In this document: positions 10,533 through 19,949 of the stretch, in pieces | How positions within the stretch are numbered: the stretch's first letter is position 1 | How the letters are laid out: each line of letters opens with the position of its first letter | Source of the DNA: an uncultured Nitrososphaerota archaeon | GTDB lineage: Archaea; Thermoproteota; Nitrososphaeria; Nitrososphaerales; Nitrosopumilaceae | Assembly: GCA_963701075.1 (NCBI GenBank) | Contig: OY969559.1 | Span: 896,001-960,000, forward strand | Length of the DNA stretch: 64,000 nt | Direction of reading: 5' to 3' | Position numbers and translations under genes: made by a program | The notes under the pieces: model-generated | Told to the model about the DNA's origin: nothing | Database searches by the model: none | Seen by the model: only the letters and a program-made list of their open reading frames with translations

Positions 10533-11376
10533 GGACTTCAGCCTTTTGGTTGGTGACAGGAGAAACTATTACAGTTCCATCAAGCGAGGAAAATACCTTC
10601 TTTACCAGTAAAATCTTGTCATTTTTTGCAATTGCTGCAATAGAAGGACCATTTCCTGAAACAGATGCCCCCAGTGCACCGCTCTCCATTAACTCTGTCA
10701 AGATCTTCGGGTCAGAACCAAGTATGGTGGAAGTGGCAAGACCATTGAGTGTCATTGCATTCCAGTAATCTGATTTATTTGCCAAATCCCATGCTTGAGA
10801 GAACACATTTTGCAAAATTTTCAATTTTTTTACATTTCCTCTTTTACGAGACTTTGGAATGAATATCACTGCAGATAGATCTTCTGGTGCCTTTTCGGCT
10901 TTTATTATTTTGATGTCTGTGTTGTCAGTTACAACAAATCCTCCGAAGTAACATCCGCACGCATCATCAAATGCCCCTGTAATACTCACTTTTGATTGGA
11001 TTGAAGCTTGTACCCCATCTCTTAAGATTTCTATATCAGTTGCTTTTGGTTTGAAAAGTTTGGCACACGCAAGTGAAATTACAGAAGATATGGCGCTAGA
11101 GCTTTTCAGACCATATCCTGCCGGTATCTCTGTTTTGACAGATATTCTAAGCCTATTTTTTTCCAGTTCAGATTTTGGCACTGATGTTTCCACAACGGCT
11201 CTTATCAGACGTGAGCTAAGGCTTGATTCTCTGTTCTCAAAAATTATTCCCCTTCCCGACTCTGTCACAATTGTAGCTTCAATTCTAAGCGATATGCCAA
11301 GTGTTGCACCCTTGCCAGTTGCAATGGCATTTACTATTGAGACTGCACCGTGCATACTTGCTCTTACTTGGGCCAT
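10522..11376 (-). CDS. aroK: Archaeal shikimate kinase (GHMP family)
   Basis: GAVSIVNAIATGKG, IPAGYGLKSSSA, ITGAFDDA and SGNGPS motifs. Confidence 0.93.
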   Translation of the reverse strand: MAQVRASMHGAVSIVNAIATGKGATLGISLRIEATIVTESGRGIIFENRESSLSSRLIRAVVETSVPKSELEKNRLRISVKTEIPAGYGLKSSSAISSVISLACAKLFKPKATDIEILRDGVQASIQSKVSITGAFDDACGCYFGGFVVTDNTDIKIIKAEKAPEDLSAVIFIPKSRKRGNVKKLKILQNVFSQAWDLANKSDYWNAMTLNGLATSTILGSDPKILTELMESGALGASVSGNGPSIAAIAKNDKILLVKKVFSSLDGTVIVSPVTNQKAEVHEM

Positions 11377-11377
11377 T

Positions 11378-12199
11378 CTAAAATCTCCCAAGCAGTGTCA
11401 ATTTCATTGCTTCGTATGGGGCCGGTTGACCGGTCCAAATCTCAAAAGATTTCATTGCTTGAGCAAGGAGCATTTCCCAACCATATATGATCGTCGCCCT
11501 TTGTTCTTTTGACTGCTGAATTAATGGTGTTTCTACAGGCATGTACACAATATCGTAAACTATGGAATCTTTGGTGATGTTTTTTGTTGATATGGGACAA
11601 CCTACTCCCTTAAGACCGACCGAAGTTGCGTTCACAATAAACCTGAAATTTGCAGCCATCTCTCCGGCTCTTGCCAGATCCACATATTCAGATTCTAAAC
11701 CAAGTTGTTTTGCAAAGTTCACCATTTCTTCTGCCCTTTCCCGTGTCCTGTTTGTAATGGTTATCTTACGAACCTTCTCCTTTGCAAATCCTACAATGAC
11801 GGCCCTAGCAGCTCCACCTGCACCAATTAACAATACATCACAGCCTTTGCAGTCGATCTTCCTTTTTCTTATCGGATCTAGAAAACCATCTACATCCGTA
11901 TTGTATCCCTTTAGGTAACCATTAGTGTTGACTACGGTATTTGTTGCTCCTACCGTCTTGCATTGGTCATCAGCTTCGTCAAGTAATTTCATCATGTCTA
12001 CTTTGTGAGGTATAGTGACGTTGAAACCTGCAATACCTATCTTTTTTAGATCTTTAATGCCATCCTCAAGTTCGCCCTTTGGAATCCTGTATGCTATGTA
12101 AGTACAATCCAACTTTAGAAATGCAAATGCGGGGTTGTGAAGTGCAGGTGATAATGAATGATCAATGGGATCGCCTATGACCGCATAAGTTTTTGTCAT
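11378..12199 (-). CDS. aroE: Shikimate dehydrogenase
   Basis: GDPIDHSLSP, NVTIPHK, NTDVDG, GAGGAARA, DIVY.P.ET motifs. Confidence 0.96.
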   Translation of the reverse strand: MTKTYAVIGDPIDHSLSPALHNPAFAFLKLDCTYIAYRIPKGELEDGIKDLKKIGIAGFNVTIPHKVDMMKLLDEADDQCKTVGATNTVVNTNGYLKGYNTDVDGFLDPIRKRKIDCKGCDVLLIGAGGAARAVIVGFAKEKVRKITITNRTRERAEEMVNFAKQLGLESEYVDLARAGEMAANFRFIVNATSVGLKGVGCPISTKNITKDSIVYDIVYMPVETPLIQQSKEQRATIIYGWEMLLAQAMKSFEIWTGQPAPYEAMKLTLLGRF

Positions 12200-12263
12200 T
12201 GAAAACTAATTTCCTTGCATCATGATTTAAGGTATTAGGAATGGTTCGGCAAACTATTGATAC

Positions 12264-12548
12264 TCAAACGCCATAGCTGTTTGTTCTGGAATAAAACTTC
12301 TTTAATTTGGAGCCGCATTTTGGGCAGCTGTCCTGCTGATGAATTGTGGCACAGTCAAGACATACGAAATTAGCCTCCTTATTTTTTGGTGTCCTGTATT
12401 GGTATATTATGATGTATGCTAGTGCAACTATCCATACAAGTATCAATAATGGAATTAGATGAAAGATTCCAAGAACTGCTGTTACTGCAACAGCTAGTAT
12501 GATGACATTTCTTGGAACATTGTTCAAAAACTGACCCATTTTCTTCAT
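12264..12548 (-). CDS. Small membrane protein with a C-terminal zinc ribbon
   Basis: Two hydrophobic helices followed by CLDC..CPKCG. Confidence 0.7.
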   Translation of the reverse strand: MKKMGQFLNNVPRNVIILAVAVTAVLGIFHLIPLLILVWIVALAYIIIYQYRTPKNKEANFVCLDCATIHQQDSCPKCGSKLKKFYSRTNSYGV

Positions 12549-12650
12549 ATTGTAGTAGTTTATCTTTTATAATAAGGCTGGGTAGAGGGCGGTTTTTCTT
12601 ATGAGACAATAAGAGATTAGTTAATTAATACAAAAGGAACTTTATGATGT

Positions 12651-12875
12651 ATGAAATCCGACGATTTTAGAGACATTGTAGAGGAGTGCGGCAAGATACT
12701 TGACGAGAACGTGAACATACTTTCTGATATGGAGTTTGAAATTGATTCTGAGAAAGAAGACGTTGTAAAACCCATGATGACAAAAAACGAACTTGTTGAT
12801 ATGGCTCACGATGTAGCGGAATCTGTCAGAATAAAAAAAGCCGAGTCTTCGTTTGTTCGAAGACATTTTGACTAG
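12651..12875 (+). CDS. Hypothetical acidic protein
   Basis: 74-aa ORF with an AT-rich promoter-like upstream region; no recognised motif. Confidence 0.55.
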   Translation: MKSDDFRDIVEECGKILDENVNILSDMEFEIDSEKEDVVKPMMTKNELVDMAHDVAESVRIKKAESSFVRRHFD

Positions 12876-12921
12876 TCTTTAGTATCTAGTTAGGCCATGA
12901 GAGGTTTCTCTTGCAACCTGC

Positions 12922-13596
12922 TTACTTTTGCAATCTAAATATTGACGCCATTTCATCAAGACTAAATTGTCCTGGGGCTACTGGTTTTCCAAGGGATACA
13001 TATGTGAATGGACTTCCAAGTCTTGTACATAGAATCCTGGACATTCTGCCATAGTCACCCATTGCAAAAGCGATCAGATTTGATCTACGCGGCATTCCTT
13101 TGTATAAGTTAAGAATCCTGAATGTGTCATTAATCGTTCTTGCTGTAGTTACAACCTTGATATTTTTTGAAAATCTTGACATTTTCTTTACCATTGATCT
13201 TAACAACTTCTCACTTGGAGTTTTTGAGAAATCATGCCATGATGCTAACATGTTTACTCTTGTTCTTTTGAGGTATTGGTATAGGCTTTTGTTTTTTCTC
13301 AATGTGTTGTATTCCACATCAAGAAGATACGGGTTGAATTCTGCAATCAATTTTAGTATGGAAATTCTCTCCGTCTCGGTGCCAGCAAACTTACCGCCTT
13401 CTGATTTAGGTCTAAGAGTACAGATACATCTTCCCAGGTATGGCTTTACTACATTTAGACAATAAGGAATTTGAGTTGGGTTCAAAAAATCCAATCTTAG
13501 TTCAGCATAGTCTGATTTGCTTAGTGACTTCCTCAAGTTGGTTACGAGCTTTGCTACGCTACGCACGCCAATTGATACGCAAGTTTTATTGGCCAT
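12922..13596 (-). CDS. aroD: Type I 3-dehydroquinate dehydratase
   Basis: ELRLD, T.R...EGG, S.HDF..TP, AMG..G..SR and APGQ motifs. Confidence 0.95.
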   Translation of the reverse strand: MANKTCVSIGVRSVAKLVTNLRKSLSKSDYAELRLDFLNPTQIPYCLNVVKPYLGRCICTLRPKSEGGKFAGTETERISILKLIAEFNPYLLDVEYNTLRKNKSLYQYLKRTRVNMLASWHDFSKTPSEKLLRSMVKKMSRFSKNIKVVTTARTINDTFRILNLYKGMPRRSNLIAFAMGDYGRMSRILCTRLGSPFTYVSLGKPVAPGQFSLDEMASIFRLQK

Positions 13597-13620
13597 TATT
13601 AGTCTGATGTTTTACTTGGT

Positions 13621-13923
13621 TTAGCCTGACTTGGTTTGGTTTGCTGGTGTGCATGCTTCCCACTGCTTCAATGAGGAGCATTCGCCTGGATTGCGTTGTG
13701 CATTAGATATTGCTTGGCTCATTGCTGACCATTGGTGTGGTGTGCAGAGCTGATCTCCACATATGTTTTGGCCACCCGTGAATCTGTCAGTCTTATGAGC
13801 ATCTTCTTGGTATGAAAAGTCTCTTGGTGTCAATGCGCTGGCAGATGGTACGACCATTACCCAGATCATCACGGACAACAATGCTACTGCAGCCAGTCCA
13901 AATCGTAGTTTTTGATTTAGCAT
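13621..13923 (-). CDS. Secreted hypothetical protein (4 Cys)
   Basis: Signal peptide ending ASA; ICGDQLC motif. Confidence 0.65.
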   Translation of the reverse strand: MLNQKLRFGLAAVALLSVMIWVMVVPSASALTPRDFSYQEDAHKTDRFTGGQNICGDQLCTPHQWSAMSQAISNAQRNPGECSSLKQWEACTPANQTKSG

Positions 13924-14088
13924 CTAGGATCTTGTATATTCTACTGATATATTTACATTAGCATACAATCATACTTGATTATAATATCAATGTCATTATC
14001 ATTCCGGATCGTTTTTTCTCGACAAATAGGTAGTTCTCGAACAAACATTACAGAAACTTTTATGAAACGACCAAGATATGAAAATCAC

Positions 14089-14385
14089 ATGAGCACAGAG
14101 AATAGATCGGAAGCAAAAGACACAGTCTTCATCGGAAAAAAGCCTTTGATGGCATATGTGACATCGGCGCTCATACAGCTTGCTAACCGCCCAAAAATAT
14201 CGATAAAGGCCAGAGGGCTTAGCATAGGTAGAGCTGTCGACGTGGCACAAATAGTTGCTAGGAGGACAGACGGTTCCGGATACTCTATAGGGGAAATCAA
14301 AATAGGATCTGAACAGCTCGAGTCAAATGACGGAAGGCCAAGAAACGTATCCACTATAGAAATTGAAGTCAAGAAAAATGCATAA
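14089..14385 (+). CDS. albA: Alba DNA/RNA-binding protein
   Basis: VFIGKKPLMAYV..IKARGLSIGRAVDVA..NVSTIEI; start MSTEN at 14089. Confidence 0.93.
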   Translation: MSTENRSEAKDTVFIGKKPLMAYVTSALIQLANRPKISIKARGLSIGRAVDVAQIVARRTDGSGYSIGEIKIGSEQLESNDGRPRNVSTIEIEVKKNA

Positions 14386-14511
14386 GACTGCCTAAAACAT
14401 GTAAATCGTGGAAAACATGTTTTAGCTGATTTTCTTTGATTTCTACTATGTAACTAGTTGATACTCAGATCTTCTTACAAATATTAAATATCAAACTACT
14501 TTAGGAAGGTA

Positions 14512-15378
14512 GTGTGGAAACCAAACTCCATCATAGTTTCTGATTCAAGAGATCTTTCCCAAATTGGAAAAAATGCCGTGTCCCTCACTGTAACGTCTCC
14601 ACCATACCATAACGCCATAAACTATGATGAACATCAGACAAGTCAAAAATGGTATAGGGGAACTGTTGGAGTATCAATTGAGAACTGGCTTGAAGAAATG
14701 AAACAAGTGTTCTCACAGGTTTATCAAGTAACCAAACCAGGAGGTTATTGTTGCATTGTTATAGGAAATGAAATCATAGAAGGAAAAATCAAACTACCTT
14801 TACCAGCCCTATTGTCAATTGAACTGACAAAAAATGATGTTGGCTGGAAGTTCTTTGAAGAGATAATTTGGAACAAGGTGACTGGCGGCAAAAAGAGGTT
14901 CCGTGTAACAGTACAACATCCGTATCCGACCTACTATTATCCTAATATCATGCATGAACAGATTATCATACTGCGAAAGGAACCGTTCCACAACGTCAAG
15001 GATAAGAAAAGTAGACTTAGAATCGATAATATCATGAAAAAGGAGATGGCAAACTCGGTATGGCATATTGCCCCTGTACCGCCAAGTTACAGAAAGTTCC
15101 ATCCAGCAGCTTTTCCAGAAGAGATTCCGTATAGGTTGATTCAACTTTACAGTAACGTGGGTGATTTAGTCTTGGACCCATTTACAGGGAGTGGCCAAAC
15201 CCCCAAGATGGCTAGGTTTCTGAAGCGAAGGTACATAGGAGTTGACAAGTCAGAGAAATATGTCAAGATTGCAACAAAGAGAGTCATGGAACCGCCACTA
15301 CTTCGCGGCTTGCAGTTAGTACCTAACTGGAAATTCCCAGAACAGCTTATTCTTGATAGCTCTAATCTGAGATCGTAA
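14512..15378 (+). CDS. Orphan beta-class N4-cytosine/N6-adenine DNA methyltransferase
   Basis: Motif IV TSPPY precedes motif I LDPFTGSG, with HPAAFP between them; no adjacent restriction endonuclease. Confidence 0.9.
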   Translation: MWKPNSIIVSDSRDLSQIGKNAVSLTVTSPPYHNAINYDEHQTSQKWYRGTVGVSIENWLEEMKQVFSQVYQVTKPGGYCCIVIGNEIIEGKIKLPLPALLSIELTKNDVGWKFFEEIIWNKVTGGKKRFRVTVQHPYPTYYYPNIMHEQIIILRKEPFHNVKDKKSRLRIDNIMKKEMANSVWHIAPVPPSYRKFHPAAFPEEIPYRLIQLYSNVGDLVLDPFTGSGQTPKMARFLKRRYIGVDKSEKYVKIATKRVMEPPLLRGLQLVPNWKFPEQLILDSSNLRS

Positions 15379-15409
15379 AGGTTATCTATCAAGGATCGTC
15401 AATCATGCC

Positions 15410-15613
15410 ATGGTAACTACAAACAGCAAGTCGTATTTTCGAGAGGTAGAAAAAAGCCATAGAAACTACACTTCTGCACTAAAGAGGGCCGGATCAAGAC
15501 AATCCGTAATGAATCTTTATTGGAAACACAAGCGTCAACATGAGGCCCTCCTGAAAAAACATCTCAGAGAAGAGATGGCTGAAATAGTTCAAATAAAAAA
15601 GAAATTCAAATAA
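15410..15613 (+). CDS. Small basic hypothetical protein
   Basis: 67-aa Lys/Arg/His-rich helical ORF followed by a T-rich terminator-like tract. Confidence 0.6.
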   Translation: MVTTNSKSYFREVEKSHRNYTSALKRAGSRQSVMNLYWKHKRQHEALLKKHLREEMAEIVQIKKKFK

Positions 15614-15646
15614 CTTCTTCTTTTTCTTTAATGATAATTAATTCCC

Positions 15647-15943
15647 TTAACTGTTACTGGAAGAATTGTACCACATCTTTACTACACTGATGTCAGATCC
15701 GCTTTCATTTGGTTTAGAAATTTTTAGTTTGTTCTCCTTGTGTTGCTGCATGTTCACGTGACTCTCCACTTCCTTTTCATCTATTTCTTGTGAACATATG
15801 TTACAGCGAAGATTCAATGTATACTGGGAAGAAAATTCACTATAATAATGTGATGAACATTTGGAATTTCTATGAAAATTCTCGTATGTGTCCATGATTG
15901 ATTCCAAAGATTGGAATTTGATGACCTGTTGAAAGAGTATCAA
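15647..15943 (-). CDS. Small C2H2-like zinc-finger protein (true start probably downstream)
   Basis: CNIC..SHVNMQQH pattern in the 3' half. Confidence 0.5.
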   Translation of the reverse strand: MILFQQVIKFQSLESIMDTYENFHRNSKCSSHYYSEFSSQYTLNLRCNICSQEIDEKEVESHVNMQQHKENKLKISKPNESGSDISVVKMWYNSSSNS

Positions 15944-16133
15944 AACAAAGTTTGTAAATAATGATCAAATGATGATCCAAAATTGAATTTATTGCATCGA
16001 AATTAAATTTCAAAATAATGACATGTATTGAAAAAACGGCGATGATCGCAGCAAATTGTAACGATGTGATTTTCTAGAAATTTTAGAGCGCTAATGTTAT
16101 ATCCATGCTGTTTTATTGATATTGATAATTGAT

Positions 16134-16199
16134 TGTCAAGGGGGCATGAAACTGTTTCTCACGCGAAACGGGGAGTAAAGCGTGAAGCCCCGCTTGACA
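16134..16199 (+). ncRNA. Candidate structured ncRNA or cis element
   Basis: GC-rich island in an AT-rich intergenic region. Outer stem TGTCAAG-GGGGC/GCCCC-G-CTTGACA, inner hairpin CTGTTTC/GAAACGG; its loop TCACGC is complementary to GCGTGA (16180-16185). TATA-like TTTTATT at 16111. Strand is inferred. Confidence 0.5.
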
Positions 16200-16348
16200 T
16201 TTCGGCTTTATCGGTCTAACATATTTAGATTTGTTTATAATTGACATGCTGTCATGCGTAAACTAGGTATTTTTTGTTTTTTTCAAGGCAGGCACATCTG
16301 TAATCTTATGAAAAATAATACCTTGATAAAATATTTCAAACTAATATT

Positions 16349-17404
16349 TTATTTCTCAATGATGTATTCATCATCTACTTCCATGCCAAAATGTCTCCCA
16401 GTGGCTGGTTTGGCATATGCAAGTACAACATCTCCTCTTTTGAGATGTGTTACGGATACTAGATGACCATTTGGACGGACAAATCGAATCGTCTCTGCAT
16501 TCTGGGCAATTATGCCTCCTACCTCATCATCAATCTGAGCTTTTATCATTAACATGGGCCTACTTTCTATTTTTGAGCGGCCAACAGTAGCTCTTCTAGC
16601 CCTGCCATGCGAATCAGTTACTAGTACTTCAGACCCTGTTTCAAGCTCTGAGAGATACTTGGTGGTTCCATCTGGTGCTAATGTATAGCAATGGACAGCT
16701 CCGGCATTGACCCTAAATGGCCGAGGAGATGTAAAAGAAGAGCCTACAGACTCGTTATGAACTAAAAACAAAAAATTTGACCTGCTTCCTATCAGCATTC
16801 CCTCTCCACGACCAAGCATAGAAGCTGTATCAACACAAACGCGCTCGCCATTTCCGACCTCTTTTATTTCAAGAATTTTTGCTGGCTTGAGGTCAAAGTT
16901 TTTTGTTCCCAGGTATACCAGTGTCTCCTTTACTTCATTTAGAGAACTTGTAGAGAATATGACCCCGTCCACACCTATCTCTAGTATGGAGAACATCTTT
17001 CGTACCTCTTCAGGCGAATTGGCAATAGCAAATATCTTTGTGTGGATTTTGTGAAGTTTTGCGATAATGTTCTCAAGAGGAATTATCTTCCAGTCTTTTA
17101 CTTCTACTATCACAAAGTCAAGCCCTCTCTTTGCAAACTGTAGTATCTTTTCAATGTCTGCATTTGATAACACCTTGAACTTCATTCCTACTTTTCTTCC
17201 CTTGATTTTGGTCACCTTATCCACTATGATATAATCTGCATTCTGTGATGCATAAATCGTTGTAAGTTTTGTCTTCAATCCCTTGAGGGCTGAAGGGTCT
17301 ACATTGACAATTTTGATGCCTTCTTTTTCTATCTCGGTTAAAAATTTGACAAGCTGGCCCCTGGATACCTTGGGGGCTATGATGAATTCTCTATTTTTTG
17401 TCAA
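16349..17404 (-). CDS. aroB: 3-dehydroquinate synthase II (archaeal AroB')
   Basis: WKIIPLEN, GERVCVDT, RPFRVNAGAVH, QNAETIR and GRHFG motifs. Confidence 0.95.
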   Translation of the reverse strand: MTKNREFIIAPKVSRGQLVKFLTEIEKEGIKIVNVDPSALKGLKTKLTTIYASQNADYIIVDKVTKIKGRKVGMKFKVLSNADIEKILQFAKRGLDFVIVEVKDWKIIPLENIIAKLHKIHTKIFAIANSPEEVRKMFSILEIGVDGVIFSTSSLNEVKETLVYLGTKNFDLKPAKILEIKEVGNGERVCVDTASMLGRGEGMLIGSRSNFLFLVHNESVGSSFTSPRPFRVNAGAVHCYTLAPDGTTKYLSELETGSEVLVTDSHGRARRATVGRSKIESRPMLMIKAQIDDEVGGIIAQNAETIRFVRPNGHLVSVTHLKRGDVVLAYAKPATGRHFGMEVDDEYIIEK

Positions 17405-18179
17405 GGTACTTTGCAGCTTCCTTTGCCGATTCCTTTCTAAATATTATTGCAGCAAGAGCATGAGTCATCTTGGCTGGGTTGGCATGCTCAAATATGTTTC
17501 TGCCATATGTTACTCCTTTGGCACCGGCCTGCATTGCTTCTTCTGTCATTTGCAAAACATCCTTGTCTGTTTTTGCTTTTGGTCCACCAGCAATTACCAC
17601 TGGAACCGGGGTGCTCTTTACTATCTTAGAAAATGAATCTACGTCTCCAGTATACAACGTTTTGACAATATCGGCACCACATTCTGCGCCAATTCTTGCT
17701 ACATGCCCAACTATGGTTGGGTCATGAGGATTCTTTATGTTCTCTCCTCTTGGATACATCATTGCAAGTAATGGCATACTCCACTTGTGGCAATCATCTG
17801 CAATTGTGCCAAGCTGTTCTAGCATCTCAGGTTCTTCCTTTCCTCCGATGTTGATATGTAAAGATACGCCATCAGCTCCAAGACGCAATGCTTCTTGAAC
17901 TGAGCCAGTAAGCATCTTTCTGTTTGGAGACATGGAAAGAGAAGTACTTGCAGAATAATGAACTATCAATCCAATTTTAGTTGGCTTGGGTAAATTCTTG
18001 AAAATTCCCTTGTTGATTATAACAGAGGTAAGGCCAAAATTCTGACATGTGTAGATTAAGGGATATGGATCCTCGATTCCCTTTAGAGGACCATTGGATA
18101 TTCCATGATCCATTGGGATACACAACATCTTGCCGTTTCGTAGTATGCGATTCATTCGAATCTGAAAACCACTAACCAT
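17391..18179 (-). CDS. 2-amino-3,7-dideoxy-D-threo-hept-6-ulosonate synthase (archaeal AroA', DhnA-type aldolase)
   Basis: PMDHG, MYPRG, GADIVKT, AGGPK and GRNIF motifs; adjacent to aroB'. Confidence 0.93.
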   Translation of the reverse strand: MVSGFQIRMNRILRNGKMLCIPMDHGISNGPLKGIEDPYPLIYTCQNFGLTSVIINKGIFKNLPKPTKIGLIVHYSASTSLSMSPNRKMLTGSVQEALRLGADGVSLHINIGGKEEPEMLEQLGTIADDCHKWSMPLLAMMYPRGENIKNPHDPTIVGHVARIGAECGADIVKTLYTGDVDSFSKIVKSTPVPVVIAGGPKAKTDKDVLQMTEEAMQAGAKGVTYGRNIFEHANPAKMTHALAAIIFRKESAKEAAKYLDKK

Positions 18180-18353
18180 TGGAATTAATCCTTGGTGTGC
18201 CCTACTTAAAAATAGTGGGGCAAAGATGGAATGCTTCCATTTGGCCGATATGAAAGATTACAATGAAAATTACATGCTGGGAGTGTTATAGACAAGTCTC
18301 ATTTCAAGTAAAAATTAATGAAAAAATTTGGATTTCTTAGAAAAAAGATAAAA

Positions 18354-18627
18354 TCACGTTGTATCTTTTGCTGTATTTTTTGCCGCATCTTTGTTTTTTT
18401 TCTTTGATTTGTAGATTCTCCATCCGACATATCCGCCTCCGCCTACTATTGCAGCTATGATCACATCTCGAATAATCAGCTCCACGGTGGAATCCATGAT
18501 GTCCTCCCTGTCCTGTCATATTGGTTGAGCTTGTGTTTGACTGATCTGTTTGTGCATATACAAGCAAGACGGGTACACTTGTTGCAAGTAACAAAAATGC
18601 TGTCAGGCTATATGAAAGCAATCTCAT
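18354..18627 (-). CDS. Exported or membrane-anchored His-rich small protein (one extra base at 18477)
   Basis: Signal peptide, then GQGGHHGFHRG. Removing C18477 (before AGCT) gives TM AIIRDVIIAAIVGGGGYVGW and a basic tail, 90 aa. Confidence 0.7.
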
Positions 18628-18647
18628 GTGAGAACTTTTTAAAGATT

Positions 18648-18695
18648 ATAATAAAACAATTGTCAAACTATGTTAGTGAACATTGTTATTGACTT
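18648..18695 (-). promoter_or_regulatory. Shared-architecture promoter site A
   Basis: Minus strand: aagtcaatAACA a TGTTcactAACA t agtttgacaatt gTTTTATTATA, ending ~20 nt before the ATG at 18627. Confidence 0.7.
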
Positions 18696-18830
18696 AAAAC
18701 TGGCAGATTCTATCGTCTAGGTGAAAAATTGCAAAGGATGTATTGTACAAGTCTGACTTTTAATTCGTATCACATCTCATGATTTTAGCTTTCAAACGAT
18801 TAAATACAATAGGGAAAGATCAAAAATCAA

Positions 18831-19949
18831 TTGAGCCAACTAACTCAACAACTTCATCATTCTGAGATAGGTGATATTTTAGAAAATTCTGTTGCTGGAA
18901 AAAGACCTGGCTATGATGAATGTTTGAGACTTTTGGACTCTGATGATGTTCATCTAATGGGTCTTGTAGGTGGACACCTTACAAGAAAAAAATTTGGAAA
19001 AAAAGCCTCATTTGTAAACAATATGATTCTCAATTACACCAATGTGTGTATAACTGATTGCAAGTTTTGTGCGTTTTACAGGCCACCGGGACACGACGAG
19101 TCTTATACTGTGTCATTAGAACAGGTTGAATCAAGATTAAAGGCAGCATGGGATATGTTTGGCATTACACAGGTGATGTTTCAGGGCGGACATAATCCAA
19201 AGCTTAGAATCGAGTACTATGAAGACGCGTTTAGACTTATTCGCAAAAAATTTCCCAAAGTGGGAGTTCATGCCCTTTCAGCGTCTGAAATTGACATGAT
19301 ATCAAAGGTAGAACACACAAGCACCAAGGAGGTACTTGCAAGACTGAAAGAAGCGGGCCTTCAATCAGTACCTGGTGCCGGAGCAGAAATTCTAGTTGAT
19401 AGTGTAAAGCAAGTGATAAGCCCCAAGAAGATCTCAAGTGATACGTGGCTTAGAATAATGGAAGAAGCTCACAGCATGGATATTCCCGCATCTGCTACAA
19501 TGATGTATGGTCATGTTGAAACAAAAAAAGAAATTGCGGAACACTTTGTAAAGATTGGAAAACTCCAAGAAAAGACTGGTGGATTTATGGCATTTATTCC
19601 GTGGAGCTTTGAGCCAAACAATACACTCATGCAAAAAGAAGAGACGGTCAAGTATGCCGCAGGAGGAACCGAGCTACTAAAGATGATTGCCATATCAAGA
19701 ATAATGTATGATGGACTCATACCCCACATCCAGTCATCATGGCTCACAAACGGTATAGCTATGGCCCAGATGGCATTACAGTATGGTGCAGATGACTTTG
19801 GAGGAACACTGCTTGGAGAGGAAGTGGTATCATGTACCGGTGCAAGGTCTACAGAACTTACAGCGCCTAAAATCATTGATGCCGTAAAACAAATTGGATA
19901 TCAAGTGGAAGAACGCGATAACTTTTACAATATTGTAAAAACGTACTAA
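18831..19949 (+). CDS. mqnC: Radical SAM protein, cyclic dehypoxanthine futalosine synthase (MqnC/CofH family)
   Basis: NYTNVCITDCKFCAF, QGGHNP, PGAGAEIL, TMMYGH and GADDFGGT motifs; next to ubiD. Confidence 0.8.
   Translation: MSQLTQQLHHSEIGDILENSVAGKRPGYDECLRLLDSDDVHLMGLVGGHLTRKKFGKKASFVNNMILNYTNVCITDCKFCAFYRPPGHDESYTVSLEQVESRLKAAWDMFGITQVMFQGGHNPKLRIEYYEDAFRLIRKKFPKVGVHALSASEIDMISKVEHTSTKEVLARLKEAGLQSVPGAGAEILVDSVKQVISPKKISSDTWLRIMEEAHSMDIPASATMMYGHVETKKEIAEHFVKIGKLQEKTGGFMAFIPWSFEPNNTLMQKEETVKYAAGGTELLKMIAISRIMYDGLIPHIQSSWLTNGIAMAQMALQYGADDFGGTLLGEEVVSCTGARSTELTAPKIIDAVKQIGYQVEERDNFYNIVKTY

Noticed and set aside
12510-12535. GGAACATTGTTCAAAAAC resembling the regulon motif
   Set aside because: It lies inside a CDS and lacks a complete palindrome and a correctly spaced TATA.
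14392-14425. Inverted repeat CTAAAACATG..CATGTTTTAG downstream of alba
   Set aside because: It is AT-rich and most simply a terminator-associated hairpin; nothing indicates an independent element.
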